Source: an uncultured Bacilli bacterium
Lineage (GTDB): Bacteria; Bacillota_I; Bacilli_A; RF39; UBA660
Direction of reading: 5' to 3'
NCBI GenBank assembly: GCA_944363785.1
Contig: CALVVF010000003.1
Span: 7,011 to 71,010 of the forward strand
Length of the DNA stretch: 64,000 nucleotides
Made by a program: the position numbers and the translations under genes. Below the pieces are notes generated by a model. The model saw only the letters and a program-made list of their open reading frames with translations, had not been told where the DNA came from and ran no database searches. Positions 60,947-64,000 of this stretch are shown here, piece by piece (position 1 is the first letter of the stretch; the number at the start of each line of letters is the position of its first letter).

Positions 60947-62911
60947 CTATTCATTTTCTGCTTTCATTTCAAATAAAATGTCTCGTAGTTCCATCGCTCT
61001 TTCAAAGTCAAGTTCACGAGCGGCTTTTTTCATTTCCTCTTCGATATTTTGAATCGTTTTAAGAATTTCTTTTTTATCTACTTTTTGGGCTTTCTTTCCT
61101 TTTGTTTCTTTAGTTTCATCAACATTACTGATCAATTCACGAATTTCTTTTTGGATGGTTTTAGGTACAATGTGATGTTCTTGATTATAGGCTTCCTGAA
61201 TTTCTCGACGACGTTTAGTTTCATCGATTGCATGACGCATACTATCTGTTATTTTATCAGCATACATGATACAGTGTCCTTCGGCATTTCGTGCACAACG
61301 ACCTATAGTTTGAATTAAACTACGTTCGCTTCTCAAAAATCCTTCTTTATCCGCATCGAGTATCGCAATTAAGCTTACTTCAGGAATATCAATTCCTTCT
61401 CTTAATAAATTAATTCCCACGATACAATCATATTTACCGAGACGAAGATCACGGATAATACGCATTCTTTCTAATGTCTTTACCTCGCTATGGAGATAGG
61501 CTACTTTAATATCTATCTCTTTTAAGTAGTTTGTTAATTCTTCAGCCATACGGATAGTAAGAGTTGTAATCAATGTTCTTTCATTCTTGGCTATACGTTC
61601 TTTAATCTCAGCAATTAAGTCATCGATTTGTCCTTCTGTCTTACGTACTTCAATTGTCGGATCTAATAATCCGGTCGGACGAATAATCTGTTCAATAAAT
61701 TTACCACCAGTCAAGCCTAATTCATAATCACCAGGTGTAGCAGATACATAAATTGCTTGATTTAATTTATGCTCAAATTCATCAAATTTTAATGGTCGAT
61801 TGTCTAAGGCACTAGGTAACCTAAAACCATATTCTACTAAATTCATTTTACGTGCTCGGTCACCATTATACATACCACGTACTTGAGGAAGGGTCACATG
61901 AGATTCGTCGACGATTAAAAGGAAATCGTCAGGGAAGAAATCGATTAATGTAGTAGGTGTCTCCCCTTCTCCTCTTAGAGACATATGGCGAGAATAATTT
62001 TCTATGCCATGACAGAAACCAGTTTCTTCTAGCATTTCAATATCGTAGTTCGTTCGTTGTTCCAATCGTTCGGCTGCAAGCAACTTGTTGTTGTCTTTTA
62101 ATTCTTTCAAACGAACTGCGAGTTCTTCTTTGATTCTTCTGATGGCTTCATGTAGTTTATCATCACTAGTTACGAAGTGACTAGCTGGAAAAATACTGAT
62201 CGTTTTCTTATTTTGAATAATCGCTCCAGTTAAAATATCAATTTCACTGATTCGATCTACTTCATCATCAAAAAACTCAATTCTAATTCCTTTAGTACTT
62301 TGATAAGCTGGTATGATTTCTAAGGTGTCTCCTTTAACTCGAAAAGTTCCACGTTTAAAATCAAAATCGTTTCTTTCATACATCATTTCTACTAGTTTAG
62401 CTAGAATTTGATTTCTACTGATAATATCCCCTACATTAATGGTTAACATTTTCTTTAAGTACTCTTCAACTTCACCAATACCATAGATACAAGAAACACT
62501 CGCAACAACAATAACATCTCGTCTAGAAAGTAATGCGCTGGTAGCAGAATGACGCAACTCATCAATTTCGTCGTTGATGGAGGAATCCTTTTCAATATAG
62601 GTATCTGTAGAAGGAACATAGGCTTCTGGCTGATAATAATCATAGTAGGAAACAAAATACTCAACTCGATTTTCAGGGAATAGTTCTTTAAATTCAGAGT
62701 ATAGTTGCCCCGCTAATGTTTTATTATGAGCTAAAATCAGAGTTGGTTTATCTACTTCTTGAATTACATTTGCCATCGTGAAAGTCTTACCAGTTCCTGT
62801 TGCCCCTAGGAGAACTTGATTTTTCTTCCCTTCTTTTATTCCTGCGACCAACTCTTTAATCGCTTCTGGTTGATCACCACTTGGTTTAAATTTTGATACT
62901 AAATTGAACAT
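60947..62911 (-). CDS. uvrB: excinuclease ABC subunit B
   Basis: The protein is 654 aa. The helicase motifs include GATGTGKT, and the C-terminal UVR domain is [12 protein letters not shown]. Confidence 0.97.
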   Translation of the reverse strand: MFNLVSKFKPSGDQPEAIKELVAGIKEGKKNQVLLGATGTGKTFTMANVIQEVDKPTLILAHNKTLAGQLYSEFKELFPENRVEYFVSYYDYYQPEAYVPSTDTYIEKDSSINDEIDELRHSATSALLSRRDVIVVASVSCIYGIGEVEEYLKKMLTINVGDIISRNQILAKLVEMMYERNDFDFKRGTFRVKGDTLEIIPAYQSTKGIRIEFFDDEVDRISEIDILTGAIIQNKKTISIFPASHFVTSDDKLHEAIRRIKEELAVRLKELKDNNKLLAAERLEQRTNYDIEMLEETGFCHGIENYSRHMSLRGEGETPTTLIDFFPDDFLLIVDESHVTLPQVRGMYNGDRARKMNLVEYGFRLPSALDNRPLKFDEFEHKLNQAIYVSATPGDYELGLTGGKFIEQIIRPTGLLDPTIEVRKTEGQIDDLIAEIKERIAKNERTLITTLTIRMAEELTNYLKEIDIKVAYLHSEVKTLERMRIIRDLRLGKYDCIVGINLLREGIDIPEVSLIAILDADKEGFLRSERSLIQTIGRCARNAEGHCIMYADKITDSMRHAIDETKRRREIQEAYNQEHHIVPKTIQKEIRELISNVDETKETKGKKAQKVDKKEILKTIQNIEEEMKKAARELDFERAMELRDILFEMKAENE

Positions 62912-63270
62912 AAATTCACCCCTTGATAGATTTTTATAGAATTACCTTTATCATTTGTATATACTTTTTAAACATAATTAATATTAACCGTCAATTTCAC
63001 GGAATATTTTATCATCTTTTTTTTCATTTCACAATAGAACAAAGTTCATATTTCTTTGCCAAAATTTTCAACTATGTTGTAAGCAATAAAAAAACATAAC
63101 CTAAATTCCATAGAAGTTATGTTTACCTATATTTTAAATACTATTTTTTTAGATTCAACAATCTTCTCTAATAGATTTGATCAATATACTGTTTTTACCG
63201 GTCTAGTCCATTTTTCTCTTATTTTACTCTATACTGTATTATTCAACTAAATAAAATTAGAGATGATTTT

Positions 63271-63720
63271 TTAATGAATATTTTGGTCCATTTCTAAGTC
63301 ATAATCTAATTTCTCTTGTTTTCTAATAAAGGGATTAATATATTCATAATAATCTGGCTTGGGATGTAATTCGAATGCTTCATAACTTCTTACGTACTTT
63401 TCATTGTTCATGATAATTATTTCTTCATGAAGAAAATTAAAGACTATACTGATAAAAAAAGAAACAATAAGGCAAATGGGGATTTCTATGGCTAGTAAGA
63501 AAATACTCATCGGAATACCTTCTTTTTTATCTTGATTCTTATTTATATAGATCAGTGAATAGGTAATGAGAAAAATATTAATAAGAAAAAGTAAAGCATA
63601 GTATACCCATCCTAAAAAATCATAACCTATACTGTTTAGAATTATTTTTATTATTAAAAACAAGACAATTACTAGTAGTAATCCTATTATTCCTATTAGA
63701 TACCAATTTCTTTTTTTCAT
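63271..63720 (-). CDS. hypothetical membrane protein
   Basis: It is 149 aa with three hydrophobic helices. Confidence 0.4.
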   Translation of the reverse strand: MKKRNWYLIGIIGLLLVIVLFLIIKIILNSIGYDFLGWVYYALLFLINIFLITYSLIYINKNQDKKEGIPMSIFLLAIEIPICLIVSFFISIVFNFLHEEIIIMNNEKYVRSYEAFELHPKPDYYEYINPFIRKQEKLDYDLEMDQNIH

Positions 63721-63801
63721 ATACTACCTCTATCTATACTAGTTGTTAAATCGATCCTCTTTGTAAAAGTAAATATTTCCTGGCTAAATTGATCAAAAAA
63801 A

Positions 63802-63981
63802 TTATTTACTCTCTTCGTTATTTTCTACACTCATCATATAAGAATGAATATATTGCGTAATTGTCTTATCTATTAAGTAAAAATAATTCCCATTTTTTAA
63901 AAGATATTTACTTCCATTATCTGTATCCTCTATTCTTTCAATTTCAGATAGTGGGGTTTCAAAGATGATTTCTTTTTTCAT
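63802..63981 (-). CDS. hypothetical small protein (59 aa)
   Basis: Manual translation gives MKKEIIFETPLSEIERIEDTDNGSKYLLKNGNYFYLIDKTITQYIHSYMMSVENNEESK. The RBS is weak. Confidence 0.3.
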   Translation of the reverse strand: MKKEIIFETPLSEIERIEDTDNGSKYLLKNGNYFYLIDKTITQYIHSYMMSVENNEESK

Positions 63982-64000
63982 TCTTACGATAGGGTTAATT

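Noticed and set aside
63030-63050. GAACAAAGTTC upstream of uvrB as a LexA box
   Set aside because: The half-sites are separated by 3 nt rather than the required 4, and they are not positioned over a recognisable promoter.
1-64000. CRISPR arrays and rRNA or tRNA genes
   Set aside because: No regularly spaced direct repeats were found. No GC-rich structured RNA blocks were found other than the two leader or IS segments.

Overview
This 64-kb window comes from a very AT-rich, low-GC Gram-positive genome that uses the standard genetic code (UvrA, SecY and HtpG read full-length with in-frame TGG Trp). The lineage is probably spore-forming, since Spo0A, SpoIID, a CwlD-like amidase and WhiA are all present. 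Almost all genes are on the minus strand.

The core of the window is:
- A complete S10-spc-alpha ribosomal-protein operon at 19.2-33.4 kb (rpsJ through rplQ, with secY-adk-map-infA-rpmJ), which lacks rpmD.
- rplM-rpsI, followed by truA and a highly divergent ecfA1-ecfA2-ecfT module.
- gpmI, found next to the S10 operon rather than in the glycolytic operon.
- A gap-pgk-tpiA operon that has been invaded by a glycolipid-type gene pair.
- clpP, whiA, yvcK, trxB, lgt, uvrA and uvrB in Bacillus-like synteny.

Accessory content is:
- An Abi_2 abortive-infection gene translationally coupled to htrA.
- A lone IS605-family TnpB (RNA-guided nuclease) inserted between tpiA and spo0A, with a GC-rich structured 3' tail that is a candidate omega-RNA.
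- A roughly 60-bp near-identical repeat at two distant loci.
- A stress island at 8.6-12.2 kb holding three paralogous XRE regulators, hsp20, an orphan AgrA-type regulator and cspA.
- A three-gene insertion (radical SAM/SPASM, a kinase-like protein and a small protein) that splits uvrB from uvrA.

Regulatory signals I could see directly are:
- CIRCE-like inverted repeats with an embedded -35 in front of htpG and hsp20.
- A cluster of DnaA-box-like repeats upstream of the gap promoter.
- A LexA-box-like motif inside the uvrA promoter spacer.
- Strong sigma-A promoters for the S10, rplM, gap and uvrA transcription units.

No rRNA, tRNA or CRISPR arrays were found. All annotations are from reading the sequence and motif recognition only; no searches were run.
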